64,000 nucleotides of DNA, taken from assembly GCA_043228905.1 (NCBI GenBank), contig JBHGNT010000018.1:6882001-6946000 (forward strand). The letters run 5' to 3'. The notes beneath the pieces were generated by a model. That model worked only from the letters and a program-made list of their open reading frames with translations, was not told where the DNA came from and did not search any database. This document shows positions 1-10,759 of the stretch, piece by piece; positions within the stretch are counted from its first letter, which is position 1, and every line of letters starts with the position of its first letter. The position numbers and the translations under genes are program-made. The DNA comes from Azolla caroliniana (taxonomy: Eukaryota > Plantae > Polypodiophyta).

Positions 1-586
1 CCCGAACACCTTCAGATGCCGGTAGGACACTTCCTTACCGGTCCATACTCTATGTGGCGTGTCTCCGTCCAAGGGTACTGAGGGTGATCTGTTTATCACG
101 TATGTCGCCGTCGACAGTGCCTCAGCCCAGAACTTCTTGGGTAGTTTTGCATGCGCTAGCATACTCCGGACCCTCTCCATTATGGTCCGGTTCATCCTCT
201 CGGCAAGTCCGTTTAGTTCCGGCGTCTTCGGCATGGTAAATTCGAGCCGGATTCCCTTCGAGCGACAGTACTCCTCAAACTACCCTCGGTACTCTCCTCC
301 GTTATCTGCTTGAACCGCCTTCAGCTTCCGGCCGGTTTCTCTTTCCACTCTTGCGTGGAGCTCTTTGAAGATGGATAGCACTTGATCCTTCGTCTTCAAC
401 GGTGTGGCCCACAACTTCCGGCTGTGATCATCTATGAATGTCACGAAGTACTGCGCTCCGGCATGTGACTTCGTGTCTACTTGACACACATCCGTATGCA
501 CCAACTCCAGTGGTGCATTACGTCTCATCAGTGGCCTTGGTCGGAAGGAGGTCCGGTTCCAATCCGGAGGGACCTGTCTCCCAACA
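1..586 (-). mobile_element. Tnt1-like Ty1/copia fragment: LTR start fused directly to the integrase core (internal deletion)
   Basis: ORF 280..720(-) contains ELVHTDVC..YFVTFIDDHSRK..DNGGEY (rve core). The minus strand at 586 begins TGTTGGGAGACAGGTCCCTCCGGAT, matching the LTR starts at 21554(-) and 59215(+). Confidence 0.8.
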
Positions 587-915
587 TTGTGGACCTGGTA
601 AAGAGGAAGCGCTTCTCGACAGAGCCGGAGCCGGAAAAGCCAATCGAAGTAAAGGCGGCCCACATCGAAGAGGTGACGATGGAAGAGGAGTTCCTGGAGA
701 GCCACGATATGAACCTGCACTAGGCCAGAGCAACGACGGAAACCCCTGTTCGAATCGGGGATGTGAAGGAGCTGGTGGTGGTGCTATTTGACCACAGGTC
801 GGAGATTAACTTAATGTCCATGGACATCTACAAGAAGGGTAAATGGTCGATCAACACAAAGCATCGGTGGAAGATACACACGACGACCCGCGCTACTAAA
901 GAGCTTTATGGTGTG

Positions 916-1376
916 TGCTTTCCTTTCTATAGTGTAGATTTTATGTATTTCCTTTCTATATATGAATTATAGATGGAACAACCATAGACAACCATGTGCA
1001 CAAAACCATGGTTCTAAACCCATGGTTTGTGCATGACATAAGCAAAACCGTGTGCACAAAACCATGGTTTTAGCCCATGGTTTTGTGCATGTCACAAGCA
1101 TGGAAAGACCTATAAAAGCCTCTAGTTGGGCTTGTGTAAGGGGGGCTCAATATGTGATATCACCAACACCACTATCATCAATATAATTATATTTGTCTTT
1201 ATCTTCTTCATATTTTTCTACTTCTCAAGTGTACAATCCTTCTTCTTCTCAAGTGAATAAATTTCATCAAATCTTACATTGATCATCATCTCTTCGATAA
1301 TTTCGTGAACGTCCTCCCCAGTCCAAGACCCTAGTGGTCGCTCGAGTAGCACACGCACGTGCGAATCTTCGCGACA
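916..1376 (+). mobile_element. 5'-truncated gypsy LTR (same family as 46708-47280)
   Basis: Reverse-complement match to about 46708-47090; CTATAAAA near 1111; ends ...TTCGCGACA; 3' flank CCGG. Confidence 0.75.
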
Positions 1377-2433
1377 CCGGTGATACTCGACGAGCTTTAC
1401 ATTACAACGGCTCGTATGGAGACCAAAGTGTTGGACAATGGTTCGGCATATGCAAGGGTGAAGAGCCAGGACGGTAAGCACTCCATCCAATTCCTGACAG
1501 TGAGGCTGAATCATGAATGAAACCGTGATTCTCTCGGCGGCGAGGGCCGAGGGGATTTTTAGAGAGGACTATCAAGGTGTGGGGCCGCAATAGTCTGGAA
1601 AACTGGAAGAATCCCCACACCTGTACCATAAGTAGGAAATTTTGGCCCACCGCTAACGGAGGTTGTACCATAGCCGACATCGATGGCCGGGAGAAGAAGC
1701 GGGTCAAAGGACGCTTGAAGGCCTACGACGCCTTAGGCTCCGACGCCTTAGGCTCCGACGCCTTAGGCTCTGACGACGAGATTATTGGCGTTATGGATGC
1801 AGTCTTATTTGATGACACTCTCGGGGAGATCGAGAGGTTGGCCAAAGAGGACCTACGTGAGGACCGGATAGTTCCGACCGGTTTGATCGAAATGTACGAA
1901 GTAATCGAGGACTTCGGAAGGATGGTCGGGTCGGATCGAATGACCCTATAATGCACGGAATACAAGATTGTGGACCAGAAGGTGAGGCCAATCGCGACTC
2001 CCTTGTTGGAGGACAGCTGGGAACGGATCAAAGGGGCACGATCGACCCAAGTTTACGAAATCCGGCCGGCAGAGGACACCGGTTCACCAACAAGACGCTA
2101 CGGGAGCTCAAGATCGGTGGGGGTGGCTTCCTACGCTTCATTTAGAACCTGCAGCTGGTCAACAAGGTGACCATTCGAAACGCAGGGATTGGGTCGACAA
2201 TTGATGAGTTTATGGAGGCCTTTACGGGGAGGTCGGTCTACTCAGTCAGCGACTTGTACTCCGTGTTGAGAAACAAGCTCAACAAAAGCATATGATGCAT
2301 ATTGGTAAGTGAAATGTCCTATAGTAGCTATTGGGAAATTAACTACTATTAGGCATATAGGCAAAAACAACTATTTAGCTATCTACAACTAATTAGCTAC
2401 TCATAGCTAATTAGCTGCACATGTAAGTCACGT

Positions 2434-3217
2434 TGTCATGCCTTTCGGCTTCGGATCGTTGCGTGAGTCGGGTGGGAATTGTCGGGGTTTTAGACTAGGA
2501 GGAGGAGAGTTTTAAGGCTAATAAGAATATAAATAGATTTTAAGAAAGAGATATAGAAACCTCGTGAATCCCACGAGTCTATTGTATTAGATTATTCAAT
2601 ATTAAGATAAGAATATGAATTTGGATTAAAAGAGAGATATTAAAAACGCGTGAATCCCACAAGTATAGATTATTAGATTTATTAATATTTAGAATCCTAA
2701 TAACAATTTATTATAGATTGGAAGAGATAGATTATATCAAACTTCGTGAATCCCACGATTATATTTTATTAATTGGTGTTTTAGGAAATATATCCAATTT
2801 CCAAATATTCCACACCCTTATTACATTGTGCTTCCCATCCTTAATAGTGATGAGAGAGTCTTAATAATCCATGCTTTTTCTCTAACAATAGACTATATGC
2901 TTTATCTAACATGCCTTTTTCTAAAGTAATCATGCTTTTTCTAACTTGATGCGTTTTTATCGACTATAGTGTTCATGCACACTAGATGTGCATGTGTAGC
3001 TTTTTCTTTTATCATGCATTTCTATGTGGGACATCTACTTTTTGGCACTAATGATATGTTAGTGTAATGGTGAAGCTTCACATTGCATACATGGAGGTAC
3101 AAGGTTTGAATCTTGCCTTATGCATGATGTATTTTAATATTTTCTTCTATTTCTTCATATTTATTGAATTGGTTATTTTATACGTTTTTCACGTAGTGTA
3201 CGAAATACACTACGACG
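2434..3217 (-). mobile_element. Gypsy solo LTR inserted in the copia 5' LTR
   Basis: Absent from the copia 3' LTR; 4-bp TSD ACGT (2430-33/3218-21); reverse-complement similarity to LTR 45719-46370; motif CGTGAATCCCAC occurs three times. Confidence 0.85.
3060..3116 (+). promoter_or_regulatory. tRNA-like Pol III A-box/B-box module in LTR U3 (antisense to the LTR)
   Basis: TAGTGTAATGG..GGAGGTACAAGGTTTGAATC; T8-to-G53 span of 45 nt, as in tRNA genes; no acceptor stem seen. Confidence 0.65.
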
Positions 3218-5123
3218 ACGTATAACTTAGGTTAAAAAGTAGTAATGAGTGTAGTTGTAAGAGGAGAAGAAAACTGACGAGAGAGGTTTTCTCTACGTGT
3301 AATGAAATAAAAGTTTTTGGGTTGCTACAGAGGTAAGTCTCCTTCCCCCATCCTTTTCTGTCATGAGCACACCAAACGATCCAGCACATCATGATCCGAT
3401 GTGCATTAAGAAGAACCGGAGTGCCTTCGTAACATGGTATCAGAGCAGAGTTACTCGTAAAGAGGAACAATACAAATCTGAGAAGTTTGGTTGTGGTTGC
3501 TAGTCTGAATTAGAGAGTTGTTTGTGAAGTTAATCGTAGCAAAAGCTCTTATTTGAAAGAGAGAATGGAAGCCAAATAGTCACAAAAAAGTTGGAGAAAA
3601 ACAATTTCCTTGTGTGGAAATTCAGAATGACAAATTTCCTAATGGGAAAAGGATACTGGGATTACATTGAAGGAGACCTAGAAGAGGCTCTAGAGATCCT
3701 TGAAGAAAATGCAACTGTTGCACAGATTAGAGCATTTAAGGAATGGAATCAAGGGGCAAGGAAAGTATTGCATTGGCTATGACTTAACATCTAAGATTCG
3801 ATGCTTGGACACATACAAGATGCTTTGCTTCCAAAAGAAGCTTGGAACAGTTTGGTAAAACTGTTTGCAGTAAACACAAAGGCTAGAAAGCTTCAGTTGA
3901 AGACTGAGCTAAATACCTTGGAAAAAGGTAAGATGTCTGTTAATGAGTATGCTCTGAAAATAAAGATCATATGTGAGTCATTTGCTTCTATTGATGTGAA
4001 GGTAGAAGATGATAAGGTGGAAATAGGCTTAAGAGGCTTAGGACCTCAATATAAAAGCTTCAAAACATCTATTCTCACAAGGGATAACATCCCAAGTTTT
4101 CCAGATCTAGTTTCAATGCTTGTAGTGGAAGAAAGAAATCAGATGGATTATGTAAACAAAGGAAACTCTGAGACTGAGGGGCAAGCCCTCTACAATAGTG
4201 TTGGAAGAGGTTGAGGAAGAGGTCATGGAAGATTTGGTTAAGCTAGAACCAACAATAATTATCAAGGAAGAGGACAACACGCTACAAATGGAAGAAACAA
4301 CATCAGAGGCAGGGGAGCAATGGAGGCGGAGGTAAGTAAACTTTTTTGAATGATGATGGTTGTTTCATTGTGGAAAACCAGGCCATACACATGTTGAATG
4401 CTATAAAAAGAAAAATGATGAAAAAAGAGGGAAGAGACATCAAAATAACTATGCTTCAACTAGTGAAGACTGTGATAAAGAAGGTGCATTTATGATACAA
4501 CATGAGACAACAACAATGATTGAACATTCACAAAGATGGAATGAAGAGTATATGTGGTATGTAGATTATAGGGCATCTAATCATATGACTGGACATGCAA
4601 ATTGGTTTGAAAGTCTAAGAGAACCAGAGATTCCTGGTTATGTACAAACAGGTGATAATACCACTCATACAATCAAGCATGTTGGAGATATCCCATTGTG
4701 GGAAGAAAAAGGAAAAACAAAGTATATGATGAATGTTATGCATGTGCCAAACCTTGCAAAATATCTGATTTCTATTGGACATATGGTAGAGCAAAGAATG
4801 CAAATTAAGTTTAAGCAAAGTGGATGCTTTATAGAGAAACATGGAAAGCTTATTGCAAAAGGAAAACGACAAGGAAGAATGTTTGTGTTAGATGTGGATA
4901 TGCCTAAAAAGATTACAACCATGTTTGTAGAAGGAATGAATGTAATCTCAGATGTGGAGATGTGGCATAAAAGAATCGGTCACATAAATATGCAAACCTT
5001 GGAAAATATGTTGAGGAAAAATGCAGTGGCTGGACTGCCTAAGTTGAAAGATTGTGAGATGAGCAAAATATGTGAAGCATGCCAATATGGAAAGCAAAAC
5101 AAGTTACCTTTCCCTCTGTCATA

Positions 5124-5180
5124 ACTAGACTCGAACCCATAACCTTTTGTTACACGGGTCGAGACTTTACCATTAGGGTA
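5124..5180 (-). promoter_or_regulatory. tRNA-like A/B-box module at the very start of the chromovirus 5' LTR
   Basis: Minus strand TACCCTAATGGTAAAG..AAAGGTTATGGGTTCGAGTC; 45-nt spacing; strong B box. Confidence 0.65.
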
Positions 5181-5406
5181 TGAATTGTAATTTGAAGGAT
5201 ATTATTTTCATTTAGGTTTTATTGGGAAATTGATGTATATTCCAGATTTCTCTGGAACATTCTAGAAACTTCAGGAGTATTCCTGAAGACACTATAAAAG
5301 GAGGCGCAAGGCATTAGTTCGAACCAAATCGGTTCAACGCCAGTCTTCAGCCTTCTAACTACTGTTGTATATCTTCCGTCATATAATACATATATCTTTC
5401 GCATCA

Positions 5407-5452
<46 letters not shown>

Positions 5453-5583
5453 ATTCCTTCTCTCAAAGTTCGACACCTCTCATAGTACTAATCCTTCTCT
5501 GTCTTAGTACTATTCCCCAACAATAGTACTAATCCTTCTTTTAGTACTAATTCCTTCTCTGCCTTAATAGAGTTCCTGACAGT

Positions 5584-5595
5584 TTGAACCGATTT
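5584..5595 (+). promoter_or_regulatory. Self-priming (Tf1-type) primer binding site
   Basis: TTGAACCGATTT lies 2 nt after the LTR and is the exact complement of AAATCGGTTCAA (5326-5337), which starts 33 nt after the start of TATAAAA (5293); no TGG tRNA-type PBS. Confidence 0.85.
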
Positions 5596-5669
5596 CGTCT
5601 ACTAGTCTCCCTCTTCCTTCTGTCTCCCTCCTTTCCTACTAGTCTCTTATTTCCCTTTTCCTTCATCCC

Positions 5670-6839
5670 ATGGCCACCGTTAGCGCTGAAGAGTATCAAT
5701 CCGTTTTCTCGGAATTTCAATGCTTGAAAGAGAAGTTTCATGCTTTGGAACAAGAAAATCAACGCTTGTTGGGGGATCTTCAGCAAATTTCCTTAGAAAA
5801 GCAGCAAACGCAACAACAGCATGGGGAACTTGCGTTACGCGTGCAACAACTCGAAGCAACCATCGTAGCAATGCAACAACAAGGGCACGGAGCACAAGGG
5901 ATTCATAAAGAACCCAAGATTGGCCTTCCCACGAAGTTCGATGGAACGCGATCGCAGTTTAGAGGGTTCCTTAACCAGGTACGGTTAGTTATTCAAATGC
6001 ATCCGTCCCGATATCCCACCGATGCATCACGAGTGGGTTTAGTAGGCACGTTGTTAAATGGCTCAGCATTAGCATGGCTCGCTCCGCTACTAGAAAAGGA
6101 ATCTCCAGTACTAAATAATTTTGAAGAATTCATAAGTGAGTTTAAAGCATGTTTTGGAGATACTGACAGCATAAGGACTGCAATCAACAAAATCCGGCGA
6201 TTACGCCAAGGTGACCGTCCAGCCTCCGCATATGCTGCGGATTTCCGCCTACTCGCCGCCGATATCCCCTGGGATGATCAAGCATTGATGGAGCAGTTCC
6301 GCTATGGTCTACGCAACGATGTCAAGGATTTACTCTTGACTTTCCCTGAAGAGCCAAAATCATTAACAGAAGCAATCAGTCGAGCGGTCAGATGTGACAA
6401 CCGCCTCTTCGAGCGACGTTCGGAACGACAATTTCAGATGCCGAGGGCAAGATCCGAGCCTACCTATGCCTCAGTGGTAGCGAAACCTTTTCAAAGGGAG
6501 TCACATAATGCGCCTCCAGTAAGTACTCCAACTCCAATGGAAATTGACACTACACGTCGTCGTGGGCCACTATCGGAGGAGGAAAAGCAACGACGCCGAA
6601 CAAACCGATTATGCCTTTATTGCGGTGGACCAGGGCATATCGCGATAAACTGTCCCCATAGACCAAGAAGGCAGGTAAACCAAGTCATTGTTAGTTCTGA
6701 CTATACTAAACCCGAGTCTATTTCAGTAGGAATCTCTGATAATCCTCATAGTCATAATAGTCCTAATAGTACTAATAGTCTGAATCTCGCAAACAAATTT
6801 GATGTCCTTAGCCAATTAGAAGAAGAGTTAAACGACTAA
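5670..6839 (+). CDS. gag: Chromovirus Gag (coiled coil, retrotransposon capsid, CCHC zinc knuckle)
   Basis: Intact 389-aa ORF; LPTKFDGTRSQFRGFL, LRQG..SAYAADF, PTPMEID, CLYCGGPGHIAINC. Confidence 0.95.
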   Translation: MATVSAEEYQSVFSEFQCLKEKFHALEQENQRLLGDLQQISLEKQQTQQQHGELALRVQQLEATIVAMQQQGHGAQGIHKEPKIGLPTKFDGTRSQFRGFLNQVRLVIQMHPSRYPTDASRVGLVGTLLNGSALAWLAPLLEKESPVLNNFEEFISEFKACFGDTDSIRTAINKIRRLRQGDRPASAYAADFRLLAADIPWDDQALMEQFRYGLRNDVKDLLLTFPEEPKSLTEAISRAVRCDNRLFERRSERQFQMPRARSEPTYASVVAKPFQRESHNAPPVSTPTPMEIDTTRRRGPLSEEEKQRRRTNRLCLYCGGPGHIAINCPHRPRRQVNQVIVSSDYTKPESISVGISDNPHSHNSPNSTNSLNLANKFDVLSQLEEELND

Positions 6840-9800
6840 GTCCAGCCAAAATAGGAGCCGTTTGGTTGGACAGCCCTAGATCTGTGCAGCCCATTAGTGG
6901 TTCCATTCCCTCTAAGCAAGTTAGTGATGTGTTCGTAGCCCAAGTAGCAGTTAGTACTAAAAGTACCCCTCCAGTACATACCTGAGCCCTTCTAGATTCC
7001 GGAGCTAATTCTTGCTTCATGGATAGGAATTTTGCCCGAGCTCATCAGATATCTCTCAGAAAGCTCCCATGTCCAGCCTCAGTAGTAGTCATTGATGGTC
7101 GTCCCATTGCTTCTGGTAATATCATAGAAGAGTCGGAACCCGTTAATATTGTCCTAGATAACTTAACATGTGTAGTATCATTTAATATTATTAGTATTCC
7201 AGAACATCCCATAGTTTTAGGATTACCATGGTTCGAGTTACATGACCCAGACATAGATTGGAGGACAAGGGAAATCCGGTTGCGACAAACCCAAGGATCT
7301 ACCCAGAAGGTTGCAACCATTTCGCTACGTCAGTTGCGTGAGGAAGGGCGCAAGGAGGAAATGTTTCTCTTTGCAATATCAGTACAACCCTCCAACACCA
7401 CCAAAGAGGAGTCCACCGTTCAACTTCCCGAGAAGTATCGTCAGTATGCTGATGTGTTCGATAAAGTACAAGCCAACACACTTCCTCATCATCGGCCGTA
7501 CGACTGCGCCATCGACTTACAACCGGGAAAAGAGCCGCCATGGGGGCCGATCTACAATTTGTCACCAACCGAGCTAGAAGTCCTTCGAGCCTATATAGAG
7601 GAGAATTTGGAGAACGGTTTCATTCGGCATTCGAAATCTCCAGCCGGCGCACCCATTTTCTTCGTCAAGAAAAAAGATGGCTCGCTTCGACTCGTTGTAG
7701 ATTACCGTGGCTTGAATAAGGTCACAGTAAGAAATAGGTATGCTCTTCCCCTTATCTCAAGTCTTTTAGAACGGATCAACGGTGCTAGGTTCTTCACGAA
7801 GATAGACTTACGAGGAGCCTATAACCTCGTACGGATCCGACCAGGAGATGAATGGAAGACCGCGTTTCGCACCAGATATGGGCACTTCGAGTATACGGTC
7901 ATGCCGTTCGGACTCACTAATGCGCCGGCAGTCTTCCAGCACATGGCGAATGATATATTTCGAGATCTCTTGGATGATTTTTTGATCATCTATTTGGATG
8001 ATCTACTGGTTTATTCAAAGACCCAAGAAGAACATGATTCTCATGTACTATTAGTACTAAAACGACTTCGAGAACATGGTCTGTATGCAAAGTTAGAGAA
8101 ATGTAGTTTCGGGTGCAACCAAGTGGAGTTTCTCGGCTATGTCATCTCCTCAGAAGGCATATCTATGGACCCAGCCAAGGTCAAAACGGTGATAGAATGG
8201 CACACTCCGCGTTCGGTGCGGGATGTGCAATGCTTCCTAGGCTTTGCAAATTTCTACCGGAAGTTCATACAAAATTACTCAAAAATTGTGCTGCCTCTCA
8301 CACAGCTCACCAGGAAGGGACAATCATTCATTTGGTCTAAAGAGACGGACATGGCTTTCGAGAGTCTTAAGAAGGCGTTTACATCAGCTCCAATTTTAGG
8401 TCATGTGGATCCGGAAAAACCATTCATTATCGAAGCTGATGCATCGGATTTCGCATTGGGGAGCATTCTGTCACAACAGGGTAACGACGAGAAGCTACAT
8501 CCTGTGGCTTTCCACTCCCGTAAGTTTGACGCCGCCGAAATCAACTACGAAATTCATGATAAAGAGCTATTAGCAATAGTTGATTCTTTTATGCAATGGA
8601 GGCATTTCCTGGAGGGATCTCCTCATCAGGTCACTGTATTCAGTGACCACAAGAACCTTGCCTACTTTCAAGATGCTCGTGTACTGAATCGACGTCAAGC
8701 TCGGTGGGCCCACTTCCTCACACGCTTCGACTTCAAAATTACATATCGTCCGGGGAAGCACCAAGGGAAGGCAGATGCATTATCACGGCGTTCGTATCTA
8801 ACACCACGTCCCGGTGAGCCAGCTTTCGATAACCAGAAGCAAGTAATCTTGGGTCCAGCACGACTGCAAGCAGCACAGGTCTTTGACATGCCCGTGGATT
8901 CCGACATTACCAATACTATACGTGAGGACTTGAAGACTGACGCTTTCGCCCAAGCTATACTAGCACAAATTGACCCCTCTCGAGCGTCATGTTCACAATC
9001 ACAATCACCAGGTACGGATTATCGACAATTCAAATACTGTGATGGATTACTCTTCTTTAAAGAACTTTTGTATGTTCCTAATGGTTCTTGCCGCCTTCGA
9101 GTAGTACAAAACTGCCATGACACATATACAGCAGGACATTTTGGTAGTACTAAAACATTAGATTTAGTACAACGATCATTCTGGTGGCCCCGTATGCGAC
9201 AATTTGTCGAAGATTTTGTTCGGACTTGCGATACATGCTGCAGAGCGAAAATGCCAAGACATCATCCATATGGTTTATTAGAACCATTACCAATTCCGAG
9301 CAAGCCATGGCAATCCATTGCTCTTGACTTCATTACAGATCTTCCAGTCTCTAAGGGATTCAATGCGATTCTCACAGTGGTGGATCGATATACGAAGATG
9401 GCTCATTTCTTACCATGTACTAAAGAAATATCTAGTGAAGACACCGCCGAAATTGTCATGCGGGAAGTATGTCGGCATCATGGACTCCCTGATAATATCA
9501 TCAGCGATCGTGGACCCCAGTTTGTGTCAAAATTCTGGAAGCACCTTTTTAAAATGCTGAAGGTCACTTGTAACCTCTCCTCCGGCTACCACCCACAAAC
9601 CGACGGTCAAGCCGAACGAACAAATCAAACACTGGAGCAGTATCTGCGGTGCTTTCTCAACTATCATCAGAATGACTGGGCAGATATTCTTCAGTTCGCC
9701 GAATTTGCCTATAATAACGCTATCCACGCATCGACTAAAGTCACGCCATTCTACGCTTATACGGGATATCATCCCCGGTGGTGTGTCCTTGAAACCCCAG

Positions 9801-10423
9801 AAGTGTCCACAAATCCTTGCGCGGAGGATCGTTTGGAGCGGTTACGCAAGATACAAGCGGATTTATCTACTCAACTCCAGCAAGCTCAACAATCACACAA
9901 GGACTACGCAGATCGTCATCGACTTCCATCCAGTTTTAACATTGGAGATCGGGTGTGGCTGCTACGACGACACATCAAGACTACTCGCCCATGTGAGAAG
10001 TTGGATTATCGGCGATTAGGTCCTTTCCGTATTATCGGGAAGATTAATGATGTCGCTTTTCGTCTCGAGCTACCTCCGCAACTTCGGATACACCCGGTGT
10101 TTCATAGTTCTCTCCTCGAACCCTATCACGAGAGCACTATCCCAGGACGTACTATACAACCTCCACCTCCTATCGAGCTCGAAGATGGACCTGAGTATGA
10201 GGTCGCTGCCATCCTCGATTCCAAGATTGTTCGCAACAAGCTCTACTATCTAGTCGATTGGCTAGGATATAGTCCCAGCGAGCGTACTTGGGAACCGATC
10301 GAGAATGTGACCAATGCTCGTGCTCTTCTAGAAGACTTCCATCGACGATATCCCGAGAAACCGGGTCCTCAATCCAAAACGACTCGTGAAACTCGTCGTT
10401 TTAAAGGGGGGATAGTGTCATAA
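6812..10423 (+). CDS. pol: Chromovirus Pol (protease, RT, RNase H, integrase, chromodomain) in the -1 frame relative to gag; one in-frame TGA at 6983-6985
   Basis: The frame opens at 6812; LLDSGA protease motif near 6990-7006; RT YLDD; RH EADASD; INT HHCC and DRGPQF; C-terminal EYEVAAILDS..YYLVDWLGY..TWEP chromodomain; open ORF 7019-10423. Confidence 0.93.
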
Positions 10424-10479
10424 CTAGACTCGAACCCATAACCTTTTGTTACACGGGTCGAGACTTTACCATTAGGGTA
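10423..10479 (-). promoter_or_regulatory. tRNA-like A/B-box module, 3' LTR copy
   Basis: Identical to 5124-5180. Confidence 0.65.
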
Positions 10480-10705
10480 TGAATTGTAATTTGAAGGATA
10501 TTATTTTCATTTAGGTTTTATTGGGAAATTGATGTATATTCCAGATTTCTCTGGAACATTCTAGAAACTTCAGGAGTATTCCTGAAGACACTATAAAAGG
10601 AGGCGCAAGGCATTAGTTCGAACCAAATCGGTTCAACGCCAGTCTTCAGCCTTCTAACTACTGTTGTATATCTTCCGTCATATAATACATATATCTTTCG
10701 CATCA

Positions 10706-10759
<54 letters not shown>

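Noticed and set aside
1727-1774. 15-bp unit GACGCCTTAGGCTCC repeated three times
   Set aside because: Local slippage inside a dead pol; no sign of function.
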